Positions 7,702 through 17,851 of a DNA stretch of 64,000 nucleotides are shown here, in pieces. The DNA lies in the IMG/VR virus record IMGVR_UViG_3300027974_000025. One strand, written 5' to 3'. Position 1 is the stretch's first letter, and each line of letters starts with the position of its first letter. Origin of the DNA: a virus. Lineage: Duplodnaviria; Heunggongvirae; Uroviricota; Caudoviricetes. The position numbers were made by a program, and so were the translations under genes. Below the pieces are notes generated by a model. That model was not told the origin of the DNA and did no database searches. It worked only from the letters and a program-made list of their open reading frames with translations.

Positions 7702-10053
7702 TTAAATTGTTTGTAATTCTTCAATTGTGTCTTGTGTCAATGTCTCCTCTAAAGGAGCATCTTCTGTTAATTTGATTTTATAATGCTCTAAATTAACTTT
7801 ATGCTTGTGATATTTAAATAAATCAGCTATAGCAATCATCATTGGACCCTCTTTCTTAGACTCACGATAGCCCATTGTGTCTAGTATTACATTTAAGAAT
7901 GTTAACTTAGTAAACACTTCATTGACCTGCTTGTACACCAAATATGTAGGTTGGTCAAATAAGTTGTTTGCTATGGCATGTTCTATAATTGCTTTCCTAG
8001 TGTCATCATCGCAATAACTTCTATATTGGCTATTATGATAATTATGTAGTGTCTGTAATTTATCTGCCAAATCAGTAGATATCTCTCTAACTGTACTGAT
8101 TCTTTTAAATGTAGCACTATATGTTTCGATCAAATCCCTGATTAGAAATTCTGTAGCTACTGTTTTAAATGGTCTATTTTTACCTTCCATAAATTTATCT
8201 ATTGTTATCCAGTTATGTAAATCTGCTTTCTGTAAGTTATCATAGGTTGCTTGGGCAACTAATACAAATGATGCATGTTTATTAAAACAAGACCAAGCAT
8301 TGTCCATTTTCTTCTTATCAGATTCTTTAGCATAAACACTTAACTTATTCAATTTATGAATGTCTTCCATTTTGTATGTAGTAGGAACAAACTTACAATG
8401 TTGATCAGATAGATCTATTTGCATTTGTGTACCCACCTTACCAGAGAATTCACCTTTCATTCTTATCTTCTTAGGACCCTTTACAGATGCAGCTGCAACT
8501 GACATCTTCAGTCTCTTAGCCTTCTGAGCATCCTTAAATGATTGTGGAATTTCAATAGCATCTACATCTATAAAGTCTTTAGCATACAGACCCACTACAT
8601 ATTGGAACTCTTGAATAAGCTGTCTCCATTGAGCTTTAGGATACATTGATAAGTTTAATATAGAGTCATAATACTTAGCATAATCTACTTGACCACCTTT
8701 AGCTTTAAGTTTAAATGGTGATTTCTTAACAAAATATATCTGTTTATTATCTGGTAGAATAGTTCTTAGATAGTCTTGTTTACCTTTAGAAAGCTCATTC
8801 TCATAAATATACACACCACCAAAGTTATAACTTGTAAATTCTGAAATTCTTAGATACTCATGATAGTAACTTTTCATACTTTGAAACTTACCAGTAAATC
8901 TATATTTAAACTTGTATTCAGCAAGAATATACTCCTTGGCTTTTACAGCAAGTCTTTCTAAGTTCAACAACTTTATGCTATCTAGTTTAGGCTGTGCTAC
9001 AGGTATAGAAGAATGTACTAAAAGATCATCTATACAAACATCATCGTCTGTACCCTTGTACCAAGACTTAATATGTTTGCTGTTTCTACTGTAGAATTGC
9101 ATAATAGCTTTGATATCACTTTGTGTAGTGATGGCTTCATTAAACTTGTTCATGAACACATCAGCCACTGCAGCTATCTTGTTAAGAATAACTTGCTTAG
9201 CTTCTTGTGTATATCTAAGAGCTTCTCTGTTTGGTGTAGGGAACAATCCATCACTAAGACTGAATCTCAAAGCCATTTTGATACCTATTCTACTTATACC
9301 AAGTTTATCCCAATCAATAGGATAACTAACATTGTCCAAGCATAAATGCATATCATTGTTAGTAGCTAAGCTAGAATATTGAAAGTGTTCTGCTCTGTGA
9401 ATTATGAAATCATTATCCACTCTTCCCCATGAGCTGTCCACCTCAAAATAAACATTCTCAAAATAAGCCAATTGTTCTTTGATTTTGTTAGTGAAATTGT
9501 ATCTATCAGAATAGTTCACTGGAACAATCACTTTTACACCATTTGGTTCTGCTGTAGGCTTCTCATACAAAAGGTCAATACTGTTTGTATCTTCTCCTTC
9601 GTACATCATATACTTACGTTCCATATAATCTTTTCTAGCTATAAAGTAGAAGCTAGAGCTATATGCCAATGGAGCCTTGAAACCAAGACCCATCATGCCC
9701 AATTCTGTGTTGCTATTACGCTTGGTTGACTTACCATACTTACTGATGATATTTACTACATCATCTGCATCTAAGCCAATACCAAAGTCTTCAACAGCAA
9801 ATTCATACGTATCTGCCTGACTGTTTCTTTTGAATGAAACAATAATAGGCTCGTCACATCCAGCTCTTCTGTGACTATCTAGTGCATTAGATGCACATTC
9901 TCTGATAGTAGAGCCTATTGAATCTGAATATAGATTCTTACTTAACATCTGCATCAATACTTGTGCAGAATCTAAGTCTAGTGACATTTTCACAGTTTCC
10001 TGTGTGGTTCCTTCCTGAAGGATGTGTGATTCTGTTTGTTTTTCGAGTATCAT
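7702..10053 (-). CDS. Hsp90/HtpG-like GHKL ATPase domain protein
   Basis: 783 aa. It carries the Bergerat-fold motifs N-box IRECASNALDSHRR, G1 box EDFGIGLDADDVVNIISKYGKSTK and G2 box ELGMMGLGFKAPLAYSSSFYF. These align closely with the Hsp90 motifs ELISNASDALDK, DTGIGMT...IAKSGTK and IGQFGVGFYSA. Confidence 0.6.
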   Translation of the reverse strand: MILEKQTESHILQEGTTQETVKMSLDLDSAQVLMQMLSKNLYSDSIGSTIRECASNALDSHRRAGCDEPIIVSFKRNSQADTYEFAVEDFGIGLDADDVVNIISKYGKSTKRNSNTELGMMGLGFKAPLAYSSSFYFIARKDYMERKYMMYEGEDTNSIDLLYEKPTAEPNGVKVIVPVNYSDRYNFTNKIKEQLAYFENVYFEVDSSWGRVDNDFIIHRAEHFQYSSLATNNDMHLCLDNVSYPIDWDKLGISRIGIKMALRFSLSDGLFPTPNREALRYTQEAKQVILNKIAAVADVFMNKFNEAITTQSDIKAIMQFYSRNSKHIKSWYKGTDDDVCIDDLLVHSSIPVAQPKLDSIKLLNLERLAVKAKEYILAEYKFKYRFTGKFQSMKSYYHEYLRISEFTSYNFGGVYIYENELSKGKQDYLRTILPDNKQIYFVKKSPFKLKAKGGQVDYAKYYDSILNLSMYPKAQWRQLIQEFQYVVGLYAKDFIDVDAIEIPQSFKDAQKAKRLKMSVAAASVKGPKKIRMKGEFSGKVGTQMQIDLSDQHCKFVPTTYKMEDIHKLNKLSVYAKESDKKKMDNAWSCFNKHASFVLVAQATYDNLQKADLHNWITIDKFMEGKNRPFKTVATEFLIRDLIETYSATFKRISTVREISTDLADKLQTLHNYHNSQYRSYCDDDTRKAIIEHAIANNLFDQPTYLVYKQVNEVFTKLTFLNVILDTMGYRESKKEGPMMIAIADLFKYHKHKVNLEHYKIKLTEDAPLEETLTQDTIEELQTI

Positions 10054-10057
10054 GTGT

Positions 10058-10417
10058 CTAGTAGTTTACTGTAATATTCAATTCTTGTAGTATTTCTTTT
10101 GCTTCTAGTATATCTTCTATTACCTTTTCATCTGTAATGTTATATCTGTTCAATTTAAGTATTCTGGTATCTCTTGGTGTATTTAGAAAGTCTTTCCAAA
10201 GACATTTAATTGTAAATGGACCTGCTTTTTCAGCACCAATACTAGTCACTCTGTTATTATGACGTTCTTTACAATGTCTAGGGGTAGTGTATCTATAATA
10301 TTGAACTGTACCACCTGCTCCTCTACCAAAATAAATACCAACAGTGAAGTCATTACCATTACTTACTGCTATTAAATCTCCTTTTTGGATGTCTCCTCCA
10401 TGTTTTACTGTATACAT
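10058..10417 (-). CDS. hypothetical protein
   Basis: 119-aa ORF. Confidence 0.4.
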   Translation of the reverse strand: MYTVKHGGDIQKGDLIAVSNGNDFTVGIYFGRGAGGTVQYYRYTTPRHCKERHNNRVTSIGAEKAGPFTIKCLWKDFLNTPRDTRILKLNRYNITDEKVIEDILEAKEILQELNITVNY

Positions 10418-10427
10418 AATTGTGTTT

Positions 10428-11144
10428 TTAAAATGGTGAATCTAATAACCAATCTATTGATGTGTTATTGTTTTCTTTTAATATTGTATTTACCTTTGTA
10501 AATACTCCTTCTGTGTCCCAATCAGTCTGCTTATAAGAAGCACTGGCTGGATGACTTAGTGTAAAGTTCCATGTGAATGGAGCAATATACTTTTGATATT
10601 TAGCTGCGTCCTTACCTAGGAAGATTACAGGTGCTCCTGTTACTGCCAACACCTCTTCTAACAGATACTTAGTAAAGGGTTCCCACAGATCAATGTGAGA
10701 GCCTGCTTTATTAATTTCTGTAGTCAAAGCTGCGTTATACATCAACACACCCTGCTTAGCTAGGAATGACATGTCTGGTGATCTTTCGCAGGTTACACAC
10801 AATCCTGAATAGAACTCTTTCTCTATAGCATCATAAAACTTTATTAGAGAAGGCTGTAATATACCTGTTGTAGAGCAACCCATTAGAAGACCATCTGCTA
10901 CATACTCTCCATTCTTTATAGAGTGATAAGGACACATGCCTATCATAACCACCTTCAGATCGTTATAGGATGTCTCCATAAAGCATCTATAAACATTCTG
11001 AGAGAGAGGAGCAATCTTCTTGCCCCTCTGACTTTCAGATTTGAGATATTTATAGATGTTGTCACACGCTTCACTTTCAATGAAAGGTTGCATAAACCTA
11101 TGCCAAGAAGGATGAAACTGATCTTTAAATTTCTCCCAATTCAT
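10428..11144 (-). CDS. ung: uracil-DNA glycosylase (family 1-like)
   Basis: KVVMIGMCPYHS matches the GQDPYH water-activating loop. LSHPASASY matches the HPSPLS motif near the C-terminus. Confidence 0.6.
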   Translation of the reverse strand: MNWEKFKDQFHPSWHRFMQPFIESEACDNIYKYLKSESQRGKKIAPLSQNVYRCFMETSYNDLKVVMIGMCPYHSIKNGEYVADGLLMGCSTTGILQPSLIKFYDAIEKEFYSGLCVTCERSPDMSFLAKQGVLMYNAALTTEINKAGSHIDLWEPFTKYLLEEVLAVTGAPVIFLGKDAAKYQKYIAPFTWNFTLSHPASASYKQTDWDTEGVFTKVNTILKENNNTSIDWLLDSPF

Positions 11145-11145
11145 G

Positions 11146-11907
11146 TTAAAATATTTCTAGTTGACTAAATGATGCTTCTTGAGCTTCCCATGGCACTGAT
11201 TGATCAAATGCATAGTTATTGAAGAATGCATGTGCTTTGATATGACTCTCCATCCATTGAGCTGGATGAGATTCTTTCATAGCAAATGTTGTATAGTTGT
11301 ACAACTCCCATAAGCTATCTTTAGCATTGTAATCATGTGTAGGGGCTTTTAACTCTCTACTGATGATGTTTAACTGTGTAGATGTAATGAACTGCTCTTC
11401 TAGCATCATTCTACCAACTAACTCAGCTTTGGTACGCTTAGTGATTTCTATTTGCTTCATAGACTCTCTTTGCTGTTGCATAAGTGTAAATGCTTCACCT
11501 GCTTGTGCAATGTAGTCTACAATAGCACCTGGTGTAAATGATTGAATCTCACCTACATGCTTTCTTTTGAATGCACCAAAGTCACCTGATACACAACCAT
11601 TCTGGCATACCAAAATACGTGTACCAATAGCAAACTTCAATGTAAGCTGCTTGTTGTAGCTATTCTGCCAACCAATCTGTAATTGCATCTCACTGTCTGC
11701 AACATTGCTGATAGAGAATCTACCATTAGCAATCTGACCATCCACTGCAGAAGAGTAAGTCTCTTTGTCTAATTTGAATCCTGCTTTCTCAATACTGTTT
11801 AATGTTAGGTCAATCAATGATGAATGACTAACTGGCTTATATGTACGTGTTTGTACAGGAACTGCTGTATTCATTATCAGTTCCTTTGTTGTGTTAAACG
11901 TCTCCAT
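11146..11907 (-). CDS. hypothetical protein, possibly a DUF932-like phage/plasmid-family protein
   Basis: 253 aa. IGWQNSYNKQ...ILVCQNGCVSGD resembles the gw.NShdGs...vC.NG core of that family. Assigned from memory only. Confidence 0.3.
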   Translation of the reverse strand: METFNTTKELIMNTAVPVQTRTYKPVSHSSLIDLTLNSIEKAGFKLDKETYSSAVDGQIANGRFSISNVADSEMQLQIGWQNSYNKQLTLKFAIGTRILVCQNGCVSGDFGAFKRKHVGEIQSFTPGAIVDYIAQAGEAFTLMQQQRESMKQIEITKRTKAELVGRMMLEEQFITSTQLNIISRELKAPTHDYNAKDSLWELYNYTTFAMKESHPAQWMESHIKAHAFFNNYAFDQSVPWEAQEASFSQLEIF

Positions 11908-12055
11908 TTAATGATAATTTAATTTCTGTGTTAAAATATTCAGATAGTATACCTTCTAAGTTTTCTATACCAATACATTCCAAATCATCACCTTCAGTGG
12001 TTTCAAACCACTCTACATGGTCTTGAATAGCTTGTTTTAAATCTTCTATTGTCAT
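11894..12055 (-). CDS. small hypothetical protein (53 aa)
   Basis: Reverse-strand ORF MTIEDLKQAIQDHVEWFETTEGDDLECIGIENLEG... Its start overlaps the primase stop (ATGA) and its end overlaps the next start. It is not in the ORF track. Confidence 0.3.
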   Translation of the reverse strand: MTIEDLKQAIQDHVEWFETTEGDDLECIGIENLEGILSEYFNTEIKLSLNGDV

Positions 12056-13056
12056 AAAATTTGTTTACTTTTTAAATAATCTTCAATTACTTTTAATCCA
12101 TGGACTTTTGCAAGATCTGCCCAATCTTTAATACCTTCTGCTAGATACTGACGTGGGACGTTAGTATATTCAAAGTCAAACATCTTTGTAATCTGTACAG
12201 AATTCTGTACACCTACATCATCAGCATCAAAGCTAAGGATTTGTCTGTCAGAGTTAGCCTTTAAATATTCTACATTCTCATGTGAGAAACATCCAAGACC
12301 TTCATTCTGGACAGCACAACTGCAGGGGAATAACTTCTTCATCACCATAAAGTCTTTCTTACTCTTGTTGATGAATGCTACACTACAGTTCTTTATATTG
12401 TCTTTACCATCCATTGCTGTGATGGGTACATTGTTAGGCATCCATTTGTGTTTCTTATCAGTAAATGGTCTGTATATCTTCCAATACTGTCCTTCATAGA
12501 GATAACCAAACCTGAGTTCATTCTCTCCTAGTGGGAACCTTTGCTTGTTAAGATATAGCTCTTTGATAGAATACACATTGTTATCTCTAAGGTCCTGGAG
12601 ATCCTGGTGATACTCTGCCCAATAGTCTAGTTCGCTTTTTGTGAACTTCCTAACCTTGACTTGGATGAGAGAGTATCTCTTCTCTATTTCAGGTTGTTTA
12701 TACTCAGATATAATCTTCTTATACTCGCCTGTCATCACACCTGTAGACAGACCAAGACCAAAGTCTCTATCTATCATCTTCAAAGTATCACTTGTACTAG
12801 GAAGGTTATGTAATGTCTGAACAAAGTTAAAACAATCACCACGCTTACTAGTATCAGCATAGTCTATAAATGACAGATAGCCTAACTTATTACCAATCAT
12901 GAAAGATGGATTGTTCTCATGTCTGAATGGAGAATAGGTCACCCTATTAATCCTCCAGTCTTGATGAGGCATATAATATCTAAATATATCATACTCTGAT
13001 ATCCTGCTTAGAATAGCAGCCATAGATAGTTTTGTTTTTCTTTCTCCACTAATCAT
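12052..13056 (-). CDS. DnaG-like DNA primase with a degenerate zinc-binding domain and a TOPRIM domain
   Basis: SPFRHENNPSFMIG matches the DnaG zinc-finger motif CPFHxEKTPSF with Cys replaced by Ser. VQNEGLGCF and ILSFDADDVG match the TOPRIM E and DxD motifs. Confidence 0.55.
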   Translation of the reverse strand: MISGERKTKLSMAAILSRISEYDIFRYYMPHQDWRINRVTYSPFRHENNPSFMIGNKLGYLSFIDYADTSKRGDCFNFVQTLHNLPSTSDTLKMIDRDFGLGLSTGVMTGEYKKIISEYKQPEIEKRYSLIQVKVRKFTKSELDYWAEYHQDLQDLRDNNVYSIKELYLNKQRFPLGENELRFGYLYEGQYWKIYRPFTDKKHKWMPNNVPITAMDGKDNIKNCSVAFINKSKKDFMVMKKLFPCSCAVQNEGLGCFSHENVEYLKANSDRQILSFDADDVGVQNSVQITKMFDFEYTNVPRQYLAEGIKDWADLAKVHGLKVIEDYLKSKQIL

Positions 13057-13118
13057 AATATAGGGTTAATGAAAAGGCCCCACAAGTGTGAGGCCAATTC
13101 GTATTTAGAGGGGACACA

Positions 13119-13994
13119 CTAAAAATCACTGTCATCATCTTCCATAACTTTGTCAGATGCTACTAAATTGTCTTCAGAACTATATTCCTTTAACTCTTTA
13201 AATGTAAAGAAGTCTTTACAACCATACTCACCCACTACGTTTATTACAAAACGCTCATGAGGTTTTAAGTCTTTAGAAGACTTTTGACGTAAAGCACTAA
13301 CTGAGTCAGCTCTGTTGTAATCTACCAATCTGAAAGCTTTGATGCTATATGGAGGTAAGAATGCTTTGTTGTATACATTCTGATACTCTTTTACACCTTC
13401 TTCTGTTTCTTTACTGCTGATAGTTGCTAAGGCTACAATGCTGTTAGCCCACTCAGAGTTAATCTGCTCACTAAGTTCTCTTACATTACCCTTAATCAAC
13501 TTATTAAACTCCACTTGTAATGTAGATTTCTTACTGCTGAAATCAATGTTACTTAACCAAGAGCGTAAGAAATTGTATAAGTCTTCTTCACCAACAAATG
13601 CTACACGATTCTCTCTTTCTTTGAACCATGTTGGTAAGTTGTTTGGACTGTCTGCCCATGTACAACGTCCTACATTGTTGATGTATTGTTTCTTTGTACC
13701 ATCTCTATTTTCTTTCTCTTTGTTCTCAATAAAGAAAGTTAGTTTGTACTTGTCTTGTGATTTAACTTCTTCTAACCAAAAGTCTAAACGTAATCTTGCA
13801 TTACCATCTTTGCTTGTACCTAAGTAGTCAGTAGCTTTACTGTCTTCTTTTAGTTCTCTACCCAATACGTCAGCATATTGCTCTCTTGTTGGGTTTACTG
13901 CAATCACCTTTGCTTCGAATAAGCCAACCTTTTTGGCAAATTCTTTGTCTTCAAATACTGGGTTTTCTCTTTTTTCTCCTCCAATGTTACTCAT
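13119..13994 (-). CDS. putative single-stranded DNA-binding protein
   Basis: 291 aa. The acidic C-terminal tail ends ...MEDDDSDF, which is the SSB and T7 gp2.5 hallmark. It sits between the primase and the ATPase/helicase genes. Confidence 0.45.
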   Translation of the reverse strand: MSNIGGEKRENPVFEDKEFAKKVGLFEAKVIAVNPTREQYADVLGRELKEDSKATDYLGTSKDGNARLRLDFWLEEVKSQDKYKLTFFIENKEKENRDGTKKQYINNVGRCTWADSPNNLPTWFKERENRVAFVGEEDLYNFLRSWLSNIDFSSKKSTLQVEFNKLIKGNVRELSEQINSEWANSIVALATISSKETEEGVKEYQNVYNKAFLPPYSIKAFRLVDYNRADSVSALRQKSSKDLKPHERFVINVVGEYGCKDFFTFKELKEYSSEDNLVASDKVMEDDDSDF

Positions 13995-14015
13995 TTTTTC
14001 TGGATTTAATTGTTT

Positions 14016-14687
14016 TTAATTGTAATATTCATCAATTGCATTGACTACTTCTTGTAAGTTATTAGGCATCTTGATATCTGCAAACATTCCATCAGGACTC
14101 TTTGCTGGATACTTTCTAAACCTATTAGTTATAAAGTTATATGTGGCTGTGCCATCTTTGCTCTCTTCCACGTATGTGTATAAACACACTGTTAGTAAAC
14201 CCTCAAGGACAATCTGATTGTCAATCAACTTACCTGCTGTCTTAATCTTATATCCTATAATCTCACCACCATCTTCAATAGTTTCAGGGTGTGTGAAATA
14301 GAACACTTTGATGTCATCACGTAAGCGTCTTGCTTCTCTAAACAACTCTACCATATCTCTAGCCATTATGCTAAATTTAGTAAAGCCAGCTTCTGTAGCT
14401 TTAGCAATCATATTGAATCCCATAATGTAATTAGAGTCTTCAATAATGATGTTCTTAATGTGTGGTGCTTTCTCTGAGATAGTCTTTAATAGACGTGTAA
14501 TCTCATTTGCATCATCCACTTCTTTGTAGTTCTTGTTCTCTGCGTTGTACAACTTCTCTGCTCCTTTGAAAGGTAATTCCTTTTTAGCAACATTGATGAT
14601 GTAAGTTTCCTTTGGATTTAAATGTTTCACTGATGTTGACTTGCCAGTTCCTGTAGAACCAACAATTCCAATTAATTTGCTTGCCAT
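14016..14687 (-). CDS. P-loop NTPase (AAA / Sak4-like ATPase)
   Basis: N-terminal Walker A motif GIVGSTGTGKSTS. 223 aa. Confidence 0.5.
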   Translation of the reverse strand: MASKLIGIVGSTGTGKSTSVKHLNPKETYIINVAKKELPFKGAEKLYNAENKNYKEVDDANEITRLLKTISEKAPHIKNIIIEDSNYIMGFNMIAKATEAGFTKFSIMARDMVELFREARRLRDDIKVFYFTHPETIEDGGEIIGYKIKTAGKLIDNQIVLEGLLTVCLYTYVEESKDGTATYNFITNRFRKYPAKSPDGMFADIKMPNNLQEVVNAIDEYYN

Positions 14688-14692
14688 GTTTT

Positions 14693-14905
14693 TTATTGAT
14701 TTGTTTCCTCCAAAGGTACATCAATTTCTTCTGATTTCAAAACATTTTTTTGCTGTTTTAATAAATTTATATCAGCTAATATTGCGTCATAGAACGCTTC
14801 TGCATCTTCTCTTTTAGAAAACCACTTGACAGAATTATTGTCAGTTCTCACTACGTACATTGTACCAGTTGCTGGGTTTATTTCTTCTACTAATTCTAAT
14901 ATCAT
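14693..14905 (-). CDS. hypothetical protein
   Basis: 70-aa ORF whose start overlaps the helicase stop. Confidence 0.35.
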   Translation of the reverse strand: MILELVEEINPATGTMYVVRTDNNSVKWFSKREDAEAFYDAILADINLLKQQKNVLKSEEIDVPLEETNQ

Positions 14906-15996
14906 AAGTATACTATTTTGTTTTTATCAAAAAATTCTAATGCTTTTCTAAGCCATTTCTTCTCTACTTCCTCTGTAGAACAGATGATGTAGATGTGTGC
15001 CTTCTTATCAGGTGTATTATACTCCATAGCCATGCATCTATTAATCTTTTGTGCAAGATTCTCAGCGTTGCTATCAAAGTAATTGATTATCACTCTATTA
15101 AGAGGCTTATATGTAACTCCTGTATTACCTATCTTTACAACAGCCAGGTGGTTACCTCCTCCAGATGCAAAGTCTTCAAACACTTCTTTGTCACCTGCTT
15201 TGCTATGATATACAGGAATGCCTAATGCATCTGCAATCTTTGTGACCCCACAGAATACTAAAATACGCTCGTCCTTATGCTTTGCTAAGAGTTCTTTAGT
15301 CTTGTTAAGTTTTGCAAGACTGCCTTGGATAATTCTCATCCTAGCTAAACGTAAGAACATTGTATTATTTCTCTGTCTTTCCATCTGATCTATGACCCAA
15401 CCATAAGCATCAAACTGTTTCTTCTCAGTCTTCATTTTACCTTTATAGTTGATTGCCACCTTGTTATCTAAAGGTACAGAGATAACTCTGATTTCATAGT
15501 CTGTGATAACACCTTCTCTAATTGCTTGTTCTATGGAATACGTAGCTAAAACTGGTAGTTTTAACTCTAGTCCTAATGTTTCTTCTGTATCTGATGCTAA
15601 GGTTCCTGTTAAACCAAGCACACTTACACACATAAGTTCCTTTACAGCCTCTATTTGTGCTTCAGAGAGTAAATGTATCTCATCAAGTACAACTAGGTCC
15701 CAAAAGCCTCCTATGTGCTTTTTAATAGATAGATGTGTTGTATAAGTGATGTTTGGATTCTTATACTTTCTAGCTTTAAAATCTGATTCCCAAGCATCCT
15801 TAATCTTTAAATCAGGATATGCTATGAGGATGTTGATATTCTTATCCATTTTCTCCAGGATGTTGATAGTTGTATATATCTTACCAAATCTAGGACACAA
15901 GTTTAGAATACCAAATTCACCATGGTCTAAGAACACTTGAGCAAACTCTTGTTGTCTCTTATCTCGTAACGTAAGGGTGTTGACCTTTTTTGCCAT
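14902..15996 (-). CDS. superfamily 2 DNA/RNA helicase (DEAH-box-like)
   Basis: Motif I CPRFGKIYT, motif II VLDEIHLL, motif III GLTGTLAS, and a helicase-C region ILVFCGVTKIADAL. Confidence 0.6.
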   Translation of the reverse strand: MAKKVNTLTLRDKRQQEFAQVFLDHGEFGILNLCPRFGKIYTTINILEKMDKNINILIAYPDLKIKDAWESDFKARKYKNPNITYTTHLSIKKHIGGFWDLVVLDEIHLLSEAQIEAVKELMCVSVLGLTGTLASDTEETLGLELKLPVLATYSIEQAIREGVITDYEIRVISVPLDNKVAINYKGKMKTEKKQFDAYGWVIDQMERQRNNTMFLRLARMRIIQGSLAKLNKTKELLAKHKDERILVFCGVTKIADALGIPVYHSKAGDKEVFEDFASGGGNHLAVVKIGNTGVTYKPLNRVIINYFDSNAENLAQKINRCMAMEYNTPDKKAHIYIICSTEEVEKKWLRKALEFFDKNKIVYL

Positions 15997-16166
15997 AGCT
16001 TATAATTGTTGTAATTGACCAGAACAAATACTCAGCATTCACAGCTAAGTATGGGTCATGTTTTTGTATGTTGTTCATCACACTCACTGTAGGAAACAAC
16101 ACCACTTGCCACCAATGGCTCTTCTTAGTGGGTAATGTATTATACATTTTAACGTTTAATCTCATG

Positions 16167-17228
16167 TTATTTGTTTATAAAAAAAGTTTTATTAATAATC
16201 TCATTGTATACGTTTTCATTCATATACTTAACCTTTGGTAGTTCTTTAAACATACCAATCTGACCTAGGAAGCCTAGACCAATCCTTACATCATCTTCAC
16301 CATAAGAATTCTTGATAAGTCTCAAGGATCTAAAATACTTTGCACCATGCTCATCTCTGAGTTTGTTCAGGTCATAGCCTGATGGGTCTTGCACCTTGTA
16401 TCTCATAGGATCAAATAATGCTAGGACAACATCAGCATCGTTCTGTGTCTGTGAACTGTCAGCAAAGTCTTCCAACTGTGGTTCTACATCACCATTCTTT
16501 AATCTCATTGGACTAGAAATGTCTCTGTTGAACTGACTGACAATCACAGGACTATAACCATACATATCTCTAGCATATCTAAGCTCATCTGACATTTTAT
16601 CTATCAGTTGCTTTTTAGTAGGATAGTCTTTTGTTGGTTTTAATAAACCTATATGATCAATAACAACAATAGTTAGTTCATTCTCATTATTAGGAATGTA
16701 TCTTTTGTTGTATTTATCTACATCTTCTATTACACCATTCTCTAGTGCATGGTCTCTTAGATGCTTAGCTATGCCTATTGGGTTCTCTGGTCCATCAATG
16801 ATTGTAATAACATCTTTCATGTTCTCCATATAATCTTCATACATCAAGAACAAATCGTGCTCATCACTCGTCATCTTCTCTGTCCAACCTAATAGCTTTG
16901 GCACAGGAATAACTACTCCTTGGTCTAGGAATATCTTTCTACTTACCCACTTGGCATACTTATACGTTCTACTACGCTCCATAGAGCGATATATGATGCG
17001 TAACTTCAGCTCTGGTGGTTTGTTAGCAATATACCAATCAAATGGATTTAAAACGTAAGCATCATCAATGAAGCTAGTTTTACCTGATCCAGTGAGACCA
17101 CCTACAAGTGTGTACATAGACTTCCTGATACCAATGTATCTGTTCAATCTGTCAAAGCCCATAGGTATACCATTGTTTCTACCATCTAGGCCAGCTTGAA
17201 CTTCTCGTTTTAAATCTTCAAAACTCAT
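16167..17228 (-). CDS. DnaB-like replicative DNA helicase (RecA-fold C-terminal domain)
   Basis: Walker A YTLVGGLTGSGKTSFIDDA. Walker B IVVIDHIGLL. A loop-like sequence follows (SQFNRD). Confidence 0.65.
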   Translation of the reverse strand: MSFEDLKREVQAGLDGRNNGIPMGFDRLNRYIGIRKSMYTLVGGLTGSGKTSFIDDAYVLNPFDWYIANKPPELKLRIIYRSMERSRTYKYAKWVSRKIFLDQGVVIPVPKLLGWTEKMTSDEHDLFLMYEDYMENMKDVITIIDGPENPIGIAKHLRDHALENGVIEDVDKYNKRYIPNNENELTIVVIDHIGLLKPTKDYPTKKQLIDKMSDELRYARDMYGYSPVIVSQFNRDISSPMRLKNGDVEPQLEDFADSSQTQNDADVVLALFDPMRYKVQDPSGYDLNKLRDEHGAKYFRSLRLIKNSYGEDDVRIGLGFLGQIGMFKELPKVKYMNENVYNEIINKTFFINK

Positions 17229-17851
17229 ATGTCCATTCCTTTAATTGGTTCATCAGCCTCTTTAATTACCACACCCTGATTGATAAGCTCTATATAGTTT
17301 TGAAATGAGCGTTGATTCAAATAAGTGAGACTACCTTGCATGTAAGTCAACCTGTTTGTACCTGTCTTGAAAGAGTTTTCTTTCTTCTGTAACACTTCAT
17401 ATTCTAATGCTGCTATAAGCTGATCAATAGTGTATTCTCCTTCAGCAAGAATAGAATCTAGTTTTACTTGACAGTCATCTCTGTAAACACGTAATGTTCT
17501 ACCACCTGAGAAGCTTTTACCTTTATGTGTAAAGATATCTGTTCCTGGATAAGCAGCCCACCATCTCTCAAACTCAGCAAAGGTTTGTGTTTTCTTTACA
17601 ATCTTGCTAGTCTTAGCACGTGAGTTCATGAATTCCAATAGATTCCTACCTAACACTGTAATCTTAAATTGTTCAGACATTAGTCCTTTTCTACGTAAAG
17701 TTTGACATAGCATGTCTGTCTTTGCTCCTCCTTCAGCTAATGTCTTGATATCAAATTCTTCATCTATCAGCTTGAGAAGAAATATCATGTCTAATGTAAA
17801 TCCATCTTTAAGCAACTGCTCAAAATGGTAAGGGGTTACTTTGATGTTCAT
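17225..17851 (-). CDS. hypothetical protein, possibly a helicase loader or replication accessory protein
   Basis: 208-aa ORF whose stop overlaps the dnaB-like start. Its function is inferred from position only. Confidence 0.35.
   Translation of the reverse strand: MNIKVTPYHFEQLLKDGFTLDMIFLLKLIDEEFDIKTLAEGGAKTDMLCQTLRRKGLMSEQFKITVLGRNLLEFMNSRAKTSKIVKKTQTFAEFERWWAAYPGTDIFTHKGKSFSGGRTLRVYRDDCQVKLDSILAEGEYTIDQLIAALEYEVLQKKENSFKTGTNRLTYMQGSLTYLNQRSFQNYIELINQGVVIKEADEPIKGMDI

Noticed and set aside
7702-10053. Interpretation of the GHKL protein as a type II topoisomerase ATPase subunit (T4 gp39-like).
   Set aside because: The G1/G2 box sequences (GIGL...KSTK, GLGF...YSSSF) match Hsp90 rather than GyrB (DNGRGIP, GLHGVG). 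No QTK loop or TOPRIM partner is evident. The possibility is kept open in the findings.
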